From the IMG/VR virus record IMGVR_UViG_3300044667_000075, positions 61,264 to 125,263 of that record: a DNA stretch of 64,000 nucleotides; one strand, 5' to 3'. The notes under the pieces are model-generated. The model saw only the letters and a program-made list of their open reading frames with translations, made no database searches and was not told the DNA's origin. The DNA comes from a virus. Lineage: Duplodnaviria; Caudoviricetes. Position 1 is the stretch's first letter, and every line of letters begins with the position of its first letter. A program made the translations under genes and the position numbers. Below are positions 27,611 to 34,889 of the stretch, in pieces.

Positions 27611-27929
27611 CATCCACGCACTGACCTTCAACGCCATCACCTGCGCGCTCTCCGAGGCTGGCCGGTTCGTCAAACTCAGCGAGCGGGAAGCCATCGCCGC
27701 GGCAGTCGAGGCGGCCATTGAGCCCGAGATCCGCAGCGACGAGCAGCAGCGGATCGCAGCCGAGATCCTCGCGTTCAAGACGCCCTGCCCGGTTCACGGG
27801 GACACGCTGATCGCCGTCACGGGGATGCCGTGCTGGCATTGCAGCTACAACGCGGCGCTCCACAAGGCGGCGAGGGTGGCGTACGGACAGCCGTGGCCAG
27901 CGGAACTCCCGGAGGTGCCCGGTGCCTGA
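27603..27929 (+). CDS. hypothetical protein
   Basis: GGAGG RBS. Confidence 0.65.
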   Translation: MPDIHALTFNAITCALSEAGRFVKLSEREAIAAAVEAAIEPEIRSDEQQRIAAEILAFKTPCPVHGDTLIAVTGMPCWHCSYNAALHKAARVAYGQPWPAELPEVPGA

Positions 27930-28164
27930 CCTGTGGCATCCGACCGTGCCCGGATTCGACTGCCTGTCCCGCGGCCACATCTGGGTAGAGCAGCACGTCG
28001 GCCACGCCTACGGCTCCTGGTGCCTGTGGTGCGGGAGCGGCGTGACCAACGAGCACGAACCGGAAGCGATCCCCGACTGGCGGCAGGTGTACGGATCCGA
28101 CTGGGAGCCGACGCGTTGCGACTTCCCGCCATGCCGTCTGTGCTTCCCGGAGGCGACCGAGTGA
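27922..28164 (+). CDS. Cys-rich small protein
   Basis: GGAGG RBS. Confidence 0.6.
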   Translation: MPDLWHPTVPGFDCLSRGHIWVEQHVGHAYGSWCLWCGSGVTNEHEPEAIPDWRQVYGSDWEPTRCDFPPCRLCFPEATE

Positions 28165-28334
28165 GCACTGAGACCCGCGACGAGCTGGAGCAGTACATAG
28201 CCGAAGCAGGGGAGCCCTTCCGCCGTCTGCTGATCTGGCTGGACCGGGGAAGGCCCGGCAGGCTCTGCATCAACGGCAGGGAGTACCGGCGCAGGCTGAA
28301 GGCGAGACGGCGCCGGAAGCGTGTCGGTGCTTGA
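28161..28334 (+). CDS. hypothetical protein
   Basis: GTGA overlap; basic C-terminus. Confidence 0.6.
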   Translation: MSTETRDELEQYIAEAGEPFRRLLIWLDRGRPGRLCINGREYRRRLKARRRRKRVGA

Positions 28335-28426
28335 CAGAGGCTCCTCAACTTGAGGAATGCTGATCTGTAACGTCCCCGGAGAAGAGTCCGGTCCGCGGGC
28401 TCCCAGCCAGAAGGGACGTACCCGAA

Positions 28427-28528
28427 GTGAGCAGCAAGACAATCGCCATCCTGAACCTGCTCCTCGCAGCCGCAGGCGTGGTGATCGGCTACCTGCAGCT
28501 CCAGGCCGCACGCCAGCAGGTAGCCTGA
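28427..28528 (+). CDS. 33-aa hydrophobic peptide (type I toxin-like)
   Basis: MSSKTIAILNLLLAAAGVVIGYLQLQAARQQVA; AAGGGA RBS; TTGACA at 28331. Confidence 0.55.
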   Translation: MSSKTIAILNLLLAAAGVVIGYLQLQAARQQVA

Positions 28529-28545
28529 CAACAGGATCCCCGTTA

Positions 28546-28696
28546 GGGGTGACCGTCCGAGCGGTGGGGCATTGCCCGTAAGGGCGAGCTTGCCGGTGCT
28601 CCGAGACCGGCCCGCGAGGTCACCCCGCCAACAGAAGCGGAGCCCGGCAGTACCCGCGCCCATTCTCAACGGGGCACGGTGGCAGCCGGGCTCCGC
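28546..28696. ncRNA. structured RNA candidate
   Basis: GGGGTGACC/GGTCACCCC stem enclosing GCCC-GTAA-GGGC and GCCGGT/ACCGGC hairpins; second 12-bp stem at 28637-28696. Confidence 0.4.
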
Positions 28697-28950
28697 ACGC
28701 CAGCTAGCATGTAACTGCGGACGTCCTAGGCTAGGCCAAGGTTCCGGTTCCGCTGCGAGGCAGGCCGCGGGGACAACGCTTGATCCGCTGCCGGGTCCTT
28801 TCCGGGATTGACCGGACTGACGCTCCCCGGGCCTGCCGCCCGCATTCAGCCCCCCACGCGGGGCCGTGGAGCTCAAGACAGGCACGGGCCATCAGTCAGC
28901 GTCGGACTCAGACGACCTCGCGAGCAGCGCGGCCAGCTTGTAGACAGGGC

Positions 28951-29286
28951 TCATAGCTCGTCTTCTCGGCCGGTGGCCATGAGGTTGATCGCCAGGGCCA
29001 TGCGGCGTGCATCCAACTGGCCGCCGTACCAGCGTTCGGTGATCACGTCGTTCGGCTGTGTCAGCACGTCATAGACGAATCGCTGCTCAAGAGTCTCCAT
29101 GCCTTCGCGATGCCAGTAGCTCCGCACGGTCTCGAACGGATCCGAGTGGCCGAGGTTGGAGGAGATGGCGCCGAGCTGGATCAGCACCTCACCCAGCCTG
29201 AAAGGGTCGAGGCGAAACACCGGCATGTGATGGTCTGGCGCTACAGCCATGGAGGACGGTTCAGGCTGGCAGGTCATGTCGGTCAC
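28951..29286 (-). CDS. hypothetical protein
   Basis: GTGA overlap with the recombinase stop; only this part of the long ORF is protein-like. Confidence 0.65.
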   Translation of the reverse strand: MTDMTCQPEPSSMAVAPDHHMPVFRLDPFRLGEVLIQLGAISSNLGHSDPFETVRSYWHREGMETLEQRFVYDVLTQPNDVITERWYGGQLDARRMALAINLMATGREDEL

Positions 29287-30344
29287 AGGCCGACTCCTCT
29301 CATCGGGTGGTTCTTCCATTTGTCGACGGCCCGGACGTAGCCGAGCACGACGGGGGAGTTCTCGGCCCACCGTCCGTGCCCGGCGATACCGGAGACTGGT
29401 GCCCCGGTCGCGTAGGCGGCGGACGCTCCGCCGCTGCGCAGTGAGTGGCCCTTGTACTTGGAGGCGTTTTCCAGCCCGGCGGCGAGCGCGCGGCGGCGGA
29501 TGATCTCGGCGACGGAGTGACCGGTCAGCCGGTCGCCTCCCTTGCCTGCCGCTTTCGGCTCGTTGCCGATCCGGCCGTGCCGGTCGACGGGACGGAACAG
29601 GGCGCCGGACGTGATGCCACGGTCGGCCAGGAGCGCGATCCATGCTTGCGTGGCGCGGACGGGGCATGTCTCGGGGTGCTGGCCGTTCAGGACCGGCACC
29701 TCTTGCCCCTTGGCTTCCTGGTCGGTCTTGGACTGTCGGATGGTGACGTCGAGTCCTTCCTGGCCGGGCCGAATGTCGGCGATGTCCAGCGCGGCGAGCT
29801 CGGAGCGGCGGGCCATCAGGGCGAAGCCGAGCAGCAGGAGCGCCCGGTCCCGGACACCGATCGGGGTGGCCGGGTCGCAGGTGTCCACCATGGCGCGGAG
29901 GGCGTCGATCATGACGGGGGGTGCTTTGCGGACCCGGTTGCCTGCCTTGACCCACTGGCGGCGGTAGGCGCGGAGGACCCGGCGGGATGGCTTGATGCCG
30001 GGCTGGTCCTCGTAGCCGCGTTCGGCGTGGATGGCACGGATGGAACCCATGGCCCGGTCGATGCTCGCGGGTGCGGCGGGCTTGGGTTTCTCCATCATCC
30101 AGGTCACGTAGTCGAGGAGCGTCTGGGCGGTGGCGGGGAGCGCGACCCGGCCGTGCTGCTCGCACCATGTGGTGAAGTTGCCCCAGTCGTAGCCGTGGGC
30201 GAGGAGGGTGTTCTCGGCGGGGGCGGCGAGGAGCCGTTCGGCGGCGGCGGCGCTGATGGTGAAGTCGGCGTCGGTGTACCCGGCCGGGGCTGGCTCTGCC
30301 GGGCGGATGACGACCGGTCGCGCGGCCGGTACGAGTTCGCTCAT
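29283..30344 (-). CDS. tyrosine recombinase, Cre/XerD-like
   Basis: N-terminal SAM-like domain; catalytic R (ARRSEL), K (SKTDQ), HSLR, HGRW, Y (GYVR). Confidence 0.93.
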   Translation of the reverse strand: MSELVPAARPVVIRPAEPAPAGYTDADFTISAAAAERLLAAPAENTLLAHGYDWGNFTTWCEQHGRVALPATAQTLLDYVTWMMEKPKPAAPASIDRAMGSIRAIHAERGYEDQPGIKPSRRVLRAYRRQWVKAGNRVRKAPPVMIDALRAMVDTCDPATPIGVRDRALLLLGFALMARRSELAALDIADIRPGQEGLDVTIRQSKTDQEAKGQEVPVLNGQHPETCPVRATQAWIALLADRGITSGALFRPVDRHGRIGNEPKAAGKGGDRLTGHSVAEIIRRRALAAGLENASKYKGHSLRSGGASAAYATGAPVSGIAGHGRWAENSPVVLGYVRAVDKWKNHPMRGVGL

Positions 30345-31087
30345 GTCGCCGCCTTGCTGCATGGCCTCTCGGCGAGCAGGCTGGTCCCGTCGCATCCGCA
30401 GTGTCGGCAGATCGGCCTCCCTTCTTCCGGGTACTCGTGGCCGAACTGGTTGAGCGACGGCACCTCTGTGCCGATGACCAGCCAGCCCCCGTGGACGCGC
30501 CGTCTGCCGTCCCCATCGGCTGCGAAGATGCCCGGATCCGGGCAGGGGAAGCCGTCCGGCACATCCCAGGTCTTGCGGTAACGACCCTCGCCGCGGCAGC
30601 GCGGGCAGTTCCACCACCGGCACCACTGGCCGTCGACCGACTTTTCCAGCGGCCCGTCGGGGTGCTTGCCGCACTGGATCGAGTCCTCGTGCAGAAAGTC
30701 CTCTTCCATGTAGTCGGCGTTGTCCAGGTCAATATGCCCGTCTGCCATAAGCGGGCCGTGGACGAGCACCCCCGCCCAGACGATCAGGTTGTCGCCGTGA
30801 CCGCATTCGGCGCAGCGGTAGATGCCGACCTCGTGAGGCCATGCCTTCGCGCACGCGGCCCGGCCGCAGCGGAGCGCCGGAACAACGGAGACTGGCGGGC
30901 AGGCCCGGTCGAGGATAAGCGGGGCACCACTGCACGCCGCGCCACCATCCGGCGCGACGATGTGATAGCAGCGCCCGCGGCCCGGCTTGTTGAAGAGACT
31001 GGCGTCCCGCCAGGCCGCCATCCCGGCTTGCGGGACGCGCTCGCCGTCTGATGCGACCGGACGGTTCCGGTAGATGCGCTGCGCCAT
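30341..31087 (-). CDS. multi-Zn-ribbon hypothetical protein
   Basis: GGAGG RBS; several CxxC motifs; ATGA overlap with the recombinase. Confidence 0.7.
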   Translation of the reverse strand: MAQRIYRNRPVASDGERVPQAGMAAWRDASLFNKPGRGRCYHIVAPDGGAACSGAPLILDRACPPVSVVPALRCGRAACAKAWPHEVGIYRCAECGHGDNLIVWAGVLVHGPLMADGHIDLDNADYMEEDFLHEDSIQCGKHPDGPLEKSVDGQWCRWWNCPRCRGEGRYRKTWDVPDGFPCPDPGIFAADGDGRRRVHGGWLVIGTEVPSLNQFGHEYPEEGRPICRHCGCDGTSLLAERPCSKAAT

Positions 31088-31100
31088 CCGCGCCTCCGAG

Positions 31101-31136
31101 TCTGGGTTTCGTTAAGCTCACTTATCACAACCCAGA
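31101..31136. other. putative dif/loxP-like recombination site
   Basis: TCTGGGTTTCGTTAA-GCTCAC-TTATCACAACCCAGA, an imperfect AT-rich inverted repeat with a 6-bp spacer. Confidence 0.55.
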
Positions 31137-31227
31137 ATACCAGGTGACGGGCCTGTGATCCTGCCGCCTCGCCGCCGTGATGCGAGCCTCACGTACCGCT
31201 TACCTACGCTCACGTAACCTGAGCCTC

Positions 31228-31515
31228 ATGGACAGCAGCGACCTCGCGCTCATCTCTGCTGTCCGCCGTGCCCTCCGTGACGGCTCTGCCCGTGCTGCCC
31301 GTGAGGCGGCCGGGGTGACGCAGAAGGAGATGGCTGCGGTGGTCGGCTGCGTGCCGTCGGCGATCAGCCAGTACGAGTCCCTTGACCCGGTGACTGGTCG
31401 GCCGTTCAGGGTGCCGGGGACGGAGAAGGCGCTGGCGTACGGTCGGGAGCTCGTTGCGCTGGGATGGCAGGTGCCGGAGCCGCGCGGCGCGTCGCCCCGC
31501 CCGTCCCCTATGTAG
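31228..31515 (+). CDS. XRE HTH regulator
   Basis: AREAAGVTQKEMAAVVGCVPSAISQYE; -10 TAACCT 7 nt upstream (leaderless). Confidence 0.85.
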   Translation: MDSSDLALISAVRRALRDGSARAAREAAGVTQKEMAAVVGCVPSAISQYESLDPVTGRPFRVPGTEKALAYGRELVALGWQVPEPRGASPRPSPM

Positions 31516-31534
31516 CTATGCTAAACTAGCTTGT

Positions 31535-31834
31535 GTGCAGGACATTGAGCTGACCCTCAAAATGGCCCGGCTGCTGAACCCGTTCCTCGCTGACCCGGCC
31601 CGTCCCCGGTACGGGATGGAACTCATGCAGGCGACGGAACTGCCCAGCGGGAGCTTGTACCCGATGCTGGCCAAGTTCACCCAGGCGGGGTGGCTTACCC
31701 GCACCAAGGAAGACATCGACCCGAGGGCTGAGGGCAGGCCGCGCCGGTACCTGTACACGCTGACCGCTGAGGCGCTGCCGGTTGCACGGGAACGGCTGGC
31801 CGCCATCGGCGCCGAGTTTGGAGGGGGATCGTGA
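31535..31834 (+). CDS. PadR-family regulator
   Basis: YGMELMQATELPSGSLYPMLAKFTQAGWL...RPRRYLYTLT. Confidence 0.88.
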   Translation: MQDIELTLKMARLLNPFLADPARPRYGMELMQATELPSGSLYPMLAKFTQAGWLTRTKEDIDPRAEGRPRRYLYTLTAEALPVARERLAAIGAEFGGGS

Positions 31835-32208
31835 CCGAGACCGCCGACCTGGCATGGCAGAAGTACCTAGCCGCCGTCGATGCCACGCCGGATGCGCTGG
31901 CGGGTAAGCGCTACCACCAGTGGGTAGACGCGGGTCGGCCGCCGCTCCACGTCGAGGATGGCGCCACGTGCGGCTACGGCGTTGAGACCGGCGAGACCGT
32001 GGCCCTGGTGGAGGGCGACGCCCCGACCTACGAGGATTGCGGGAAGCCGTCCCGGTTCGTCGTGGAGCGCTCCGACGGTGATGAGTCGTTCGGGCTGCTG
32101 GGGGGCGGCGAGGAGTCGTGTGAGGAGCACCTGGCCGAGACGGTCGCGGGGATGATCGGCGGCGATGAGGTACGCGCGGTTGTCTCGATCCGGTGGGACA
32201 AGCCATGA
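31831..32208 (+). CDS. hypothetical protein
   Basis: GGAGG RBS; GTGA overlap. Confidence 0.7.
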   Translation: MTETADLAWQKYLAAVDATPDALAGKRYHQWVDAGRPPLHVEDGATCGYGVETGETVALVEGDAPTYEDCGKPSRFVVERSDGDESFGLLGGGEESCEEHLAETVAGMIGGDEVRAVVSIRWDKP

Positions 32209-32375
32209 GCGAGATCGTCCACCACTGCCCGCTAGACGGCTGCGGGGTTACCCCCTGCTGCGGGATGACGCCGTTCGAGCTCCCCCGTACCGACCGGATG
32301 ACCTCGGACCCGTCGCTGGTGACATGCCACTCGCGGCTGACCGTGCCTGACGAGCCCGCCGGAGGGACGCCATGA
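32205..32375 (+). CDS. small Cys-rich protein
   Basis: TPCCGMTPFELPRTDRMT. Confidence 0.65.
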   Translation: MSEIVHHCPLDGCGVTPCCGMTPFELPRTDRMTSDPSLVTCHSRLTVPDEPAGGTP

Positions 32376-32560
32376 CCGGCAACGTCTACCTTGATCCCGG
32401 TTCCCGCCAGTCGGGCCGTTTCGACCCTCCCCGCCGCTGCATGGTCCTGACCCGCTGGGGTCCGGGTGGCGGTCCCCGGAACGTCGCCGTCCGCTATGAG
32501 GATGACGGCAGCGAGGCCGTGGTCCCGTTCCCGCGACGGCTGCGGAAGGAGCGCTCATGA
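32372..32560 (+). CDS. hypothetical protein
   Basis: WGPGGGPRNVAVR...RRLRK. Confidence 0.7.
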   Translation: MTGNVYLDPGSRQSGRFDPPRRCMVLTRWGPGGGPRNVAVRYEDDGSEAVVPFPRRLRKERS

Positions 32561-32955
32561 GCGACCGCCACATGCACATCACCGGGTTCCTCCACCCGCA
32601 CGCGGACGGCGTGGACCGGTTCATAGAGACAGCCTCACGCATGGACTTCTTCGCCGAGGTGTACCCAGTCCGCCGCGCTGACGGGACGGTGATCGCGGTC
32701 GCGTTCCTCAGCAAGGACCTGGACGGCATCAGCGACGAGCTGGGCATGCCGGAGGTGTGCGAGAAGCTGTCGGGGATCTTGGATGAGGACATCGTGATCG
32801 CGTCGGCGTGGCAGCATCCCCAGCGGGAGGCGTCGTCGTTCGCCCGAAAGTACGACGAGCGTGAGAGCGTCTGGCTGGTGCGCGGCCGGGACCGGGCAGT
32901 TCCCGGGGAAGTCGTCAGCGGGAATCGCGAACTGGAGGTGGCCGATGGGGGCTGA
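32557..32955 (+). CDS. hypothetical protein
   Basis: AAGGAG RBS. Confidence 0.7.
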   Translation: MSDRHMHITGFLHPHADGVDRFIETASRMDFFAEVYPVRRADGTVIAVAFLSKDLDGISDELGMPEVCEKLSGILDEDIVIASAWQHPQREASSFARKYDERESVWLVRGRDRAVPGEVVSGNRELEVADGG

Positions 32956-33148
32956 TCTTAGCTGGGGGCATGTCCCGGAGCCGGAGGAGACCGCTGCGAT
33001 CAGGCGGCTCAATGCCGTGAAGGCGGCCAAGTGGGACAGGATCGCGGCGGCGTGGGAAAGGTACTGCACCGGGGGTGCGGGTGCTTTCGACTGGGACTAT
33101 GACAGCCGGGACCTGATGCGCGAGCTGACCGCAGGGGATCAGCCGTGA
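32945..33148 (+). CDS. hypothetical protein
   Basis: GGAGG RBS. Confidence 0.6.
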   Translation: MGADLSWGHVPEPEETAAIRRLNAVKAAKWDRIAAAWERYCTGGAGAFDWDYDSRDLMRELTAGDQP

Positions 33149-33209
33149 GCCTGTTCTGGAGCGAGCACGACACCTGGGAGCCGCAGGGCGGCCAGCGGAA
33201 GGCGCCGAT

Positions 33210-33422
33210 GTGACGAGCACCAGGACCGACCTGATCCTCGGCACTGTCACGGCCCTGGTTGACCGGCTCCTGATCGTGGACCGCGAGAACGACGACGAAC
33301 TGCCGCCGGGCGCGATCGAGCAGGCCCTCATCCACGGCGAGGTCACCGTGGAGTGGATGGCTGCCCGGTTCAAGCAGGAACTCGGGGCGCGGCTGGAGGA
33401 AGCGACGGGGCTGACCGGGTGA
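33210..33422 (+). CDS. hypothetical protein
   Basis: DRENDDELPPGAIEQAL...VTVEWM. Confidence 0.65.
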   Translation: MTSTRTDLILGTVTALVDRLLIVDRENDDELPPGAIEQALIHGEVTVEWMAARFKQELGARLEEATGLTG

Positions 33423-33483
33423 GTCGCGCTGACTGCGTGCTCGTTGCCGGCCTAGACTTACTCCCCGTGAGGGGGGCACGCTG

Positions 33484-33729
33484 ATGGGCCGGGGCCGTGG
33501 TGGTCCGCGCGGACGAGGACCGAGCATCCTTGACCCCTGGAAGGACGCCCTTGAGGCGGAGGTCGCGGCGGACGAGGGCAGGGTCCCGAGGTCTGCGAAG
33601 GTGATAGCCGAGCAGGTCGGCGTGACCGGCGTGTCCTCCGACACGGTGGCACGGTACGTGGGCGGGTTGCGGCGGGCGCAGCGGGCCCGCGTCAGGGCGG
33701 AAGCCCGCAGCGAGGACACCTACCTATGA
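33484..33729 (+). CDS. HTH-like small protein
   Basis: GPSILDPWK...SAKVIAEQV...VSSDTVARYV resembles a transposase-type HTH. Confidence 0.55.
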   Translation: MGRGRGGPRGRGPSILDPWKDALEAEVAADEGRVPRSAKVIAEQVGVTGVSSDTVARYVGGLRRAQRARVRAEARSEDTYL

Positions 33730-34191
33730 GGCTGGCCCGCGCTCTGGCTGCTCGTCGAGCCCGTGATCAAGCAGAGTGATCGCGGCGGCGTTGAGCGTCA
33801 AGCCGCGGTCCCGTGCATACACAGCAAGGCGATTCTTCAGCGACGGGACAACGCGCGGAGTGATGGTGACCGTCTGGAGAGAAGTCTTCGTAGCAAGCCC
33901 GCGCGTCGGCCCAAGATCCTCAACGGCGCACGGCTCGCAATCCGGGCAGCGGCCCGCGTAGGCAACCAGCGCCGCAAGGGTGAGCGGTGGCGTGATGGTC
34001 GACTTCCTGAGCGATGCCCGCCGGTCGATGAAGGCCATGAGCGTGTTGCACCGTGGGCAGAGCACGCCACGAACCCATCCGTGCGCATGGCAGTGGTCGG
34101 TTCTCGGCAGAGGTGACGGGTCGGCGCAGAGTTCGCAAGGCGTTCCGGGTTCGGCCACGGTGTGCTCGCCATAGCGGACGGGCGTCGTCAC
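33724..34191 (-). CDS. endonuclease VII-like domain plus C-terminal RHH
   Basis: CELC...DHCHAHGWVRGVLCPRCN; TITPRVVPSLKNRLAVYARDRGLTLNAA. Confidence 0.8.
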   Translation of the reverse strand: MTTPVRYGEHTVAEPGTPCELCADPSPLPRTDHCHAHGWVRGVLCPRCNTLMAFIDRRASLRKSTITPPLTLAALVAYAGRCPDCEPCAVEDLGPTRGLATKTSLQTVTITPRVVPSLKNRLAVYARDRGLTLNAAAITLLDHGLDEQPERGPAS

Positions 34192-34391
34192 GAGCCCTCC
34201 CCGGATGTAAGCGCGGATACCAGTTCGTCTTGGTGTCGCATGGCGACGTGGATCGCCCTGACGAGCACGTCAGACATTGACAGCCGACGCCCGACCGGGG
34301 TGGTCAGGTCCAGGGTCGCTTGCCTCAACTCATCCCGAGCGGCAAGCGTGAGATTGACGGACACGAAGGCGGTCCGTCTTGGAGTACTCAT
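34188..34391 (-). CDS. RHH-like small DNA-binding protein
   Basis: FVSVNLTLAARDELR...LSMSDVL beta-alpha-alpha pattern; -10 TACAAT 7 nt upstream. Confidence 0.65.
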   Translation of the reverse strand: MSTPRRTAFVSVNLTLAARDELRQATLDLTTPVGRRLSMSDVLVRAIHVAMRHQDELVSALTSGEGS

Positions 34392-34452
34392 GTCCGCTAT
34401 TGTAGCGGACAGTGTTTGACAGTGCCATGATGCTATGGCAAACTTATGGCAA
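34391..34452. promoter_or_regulatory. divergent promoters with a palindromic operator
   Basis: TGTCCGCTA-TTG-TAGCGGACA palindrome; TTGACA(34416)-17-CAAACT; TATGGCAA direct repeat. Confidence 0.6.
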
Positions 34453-34493
34453 CGGGAAGCGGCGATCCTGTACCGTGACCCGGAGAGCGTCAC

Positions 34494-34572
34494 CCCTCCC
34501 CGGTGCGCAGGCTGCGGCTACTTCACATTTGGGATGCGATCCGTACCGCTGCCGACCCGATCTCGGGGAGGG
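34494..34572 (+). ncRNA. Y-RNA-like RNA 1 with a Pro-UGG anticodon stem-loop
   Basis: Terminal stem CCCTCCCCG/CGGGGAGGG; shared CCCGGTGCGCAGG..TACTTC..GCCGA..GATCTCGGG scaffold; TCACA-TTTGGGA-TGCGA. Confidence 0.75.
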
Positions 34573-34589
34573 TTCACAACTGAATGCTT

Positions 34590-34718
34590 CGCACCTCCCG
34601 GTGCGCAGGTGAACGGGTACTTCAAGGTTCGAATCCTCGTACGGGCTTCCGCAAGGTTCGCCTGTATCGCCCAATTGGCAGGGCTATCCCGGTCGCCGAC
34701 CTGATCTCGGGAGGAGCG
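34590..34718 (+). ncRNA. YrlA-type Y RNA 2 with a permuted tRNA-like domain
   Basis: T loop TTCGAAT, 7-bp acceptor-like stem TACGGGC/GCCTGTA capped by a loop, D arm GCCC-AATTGGCA-GGGC; upstream of TROVE. Confidence 0.85.
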
Positions 34719-34730
34719 CACGTCATAGGA

Positions 34731-34846
34731 CGTGCCCGGTGCGCAGGTGCGGGATACTTCCTGTCTGCTAAACAGGTCTGGGCGGTTCGACTCCGCCATG
34801 GGACGGCTCCCGGATCGTAGCCCTCGCCGATCTGATCTCGGGCACG
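34731..34846 (+). ncRNA. Y-RNA-like RNA 3 with a Ser-GCU anticodon stem-loop and T arm
   Basis: Terminal stem CGTGCCCG/CGGGCACG; CCTGT-CTGCTAA-ACAGG; GGCGG-TTCGACT-CCGCC. Confidence 0.8.
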
Positions 34847-34857
34847 ACCAGTACGCG

Positions 34858-34887
34858 GGCTCCTCCCCAAACGGAGAGGAGCCTTTT
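34858..34887 (+). terminator. terminator/RBS-sequestering hairpin
   Basis: GGCTCCTC/GAGGAGCC stem plus TTTT, 2 nt before the TROVE ATG. Confidence 0.7.
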
Positions 34888-34889
34888 CC

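Noticed and set aside
29283-30344. Classical prophage integrase marking an att boundary
   Set aside because: No arm-binding domain, phage genes continue on both sides, and there is no adjacent tRNA or host DNA.
28951-30732. 593-aa ORF
   Set aside because: Arg/Pro-rich off-frame shadow of the recombinase; only the last ~111 codons look like a real gene.
33484-33729. IS21-like transposase
   Set aside because: Only an HTH-like fragment; no DDE domain, helper ATPase or terminal repeats seen.
34494-34846. CRISPR array or true tRNA genes
   Set aside because: The repeats are bipartite and base-pair around structured inserts, and there are no cas genes. No unit has a full cloverleaf in normal order with a free acceptor/CCA end.
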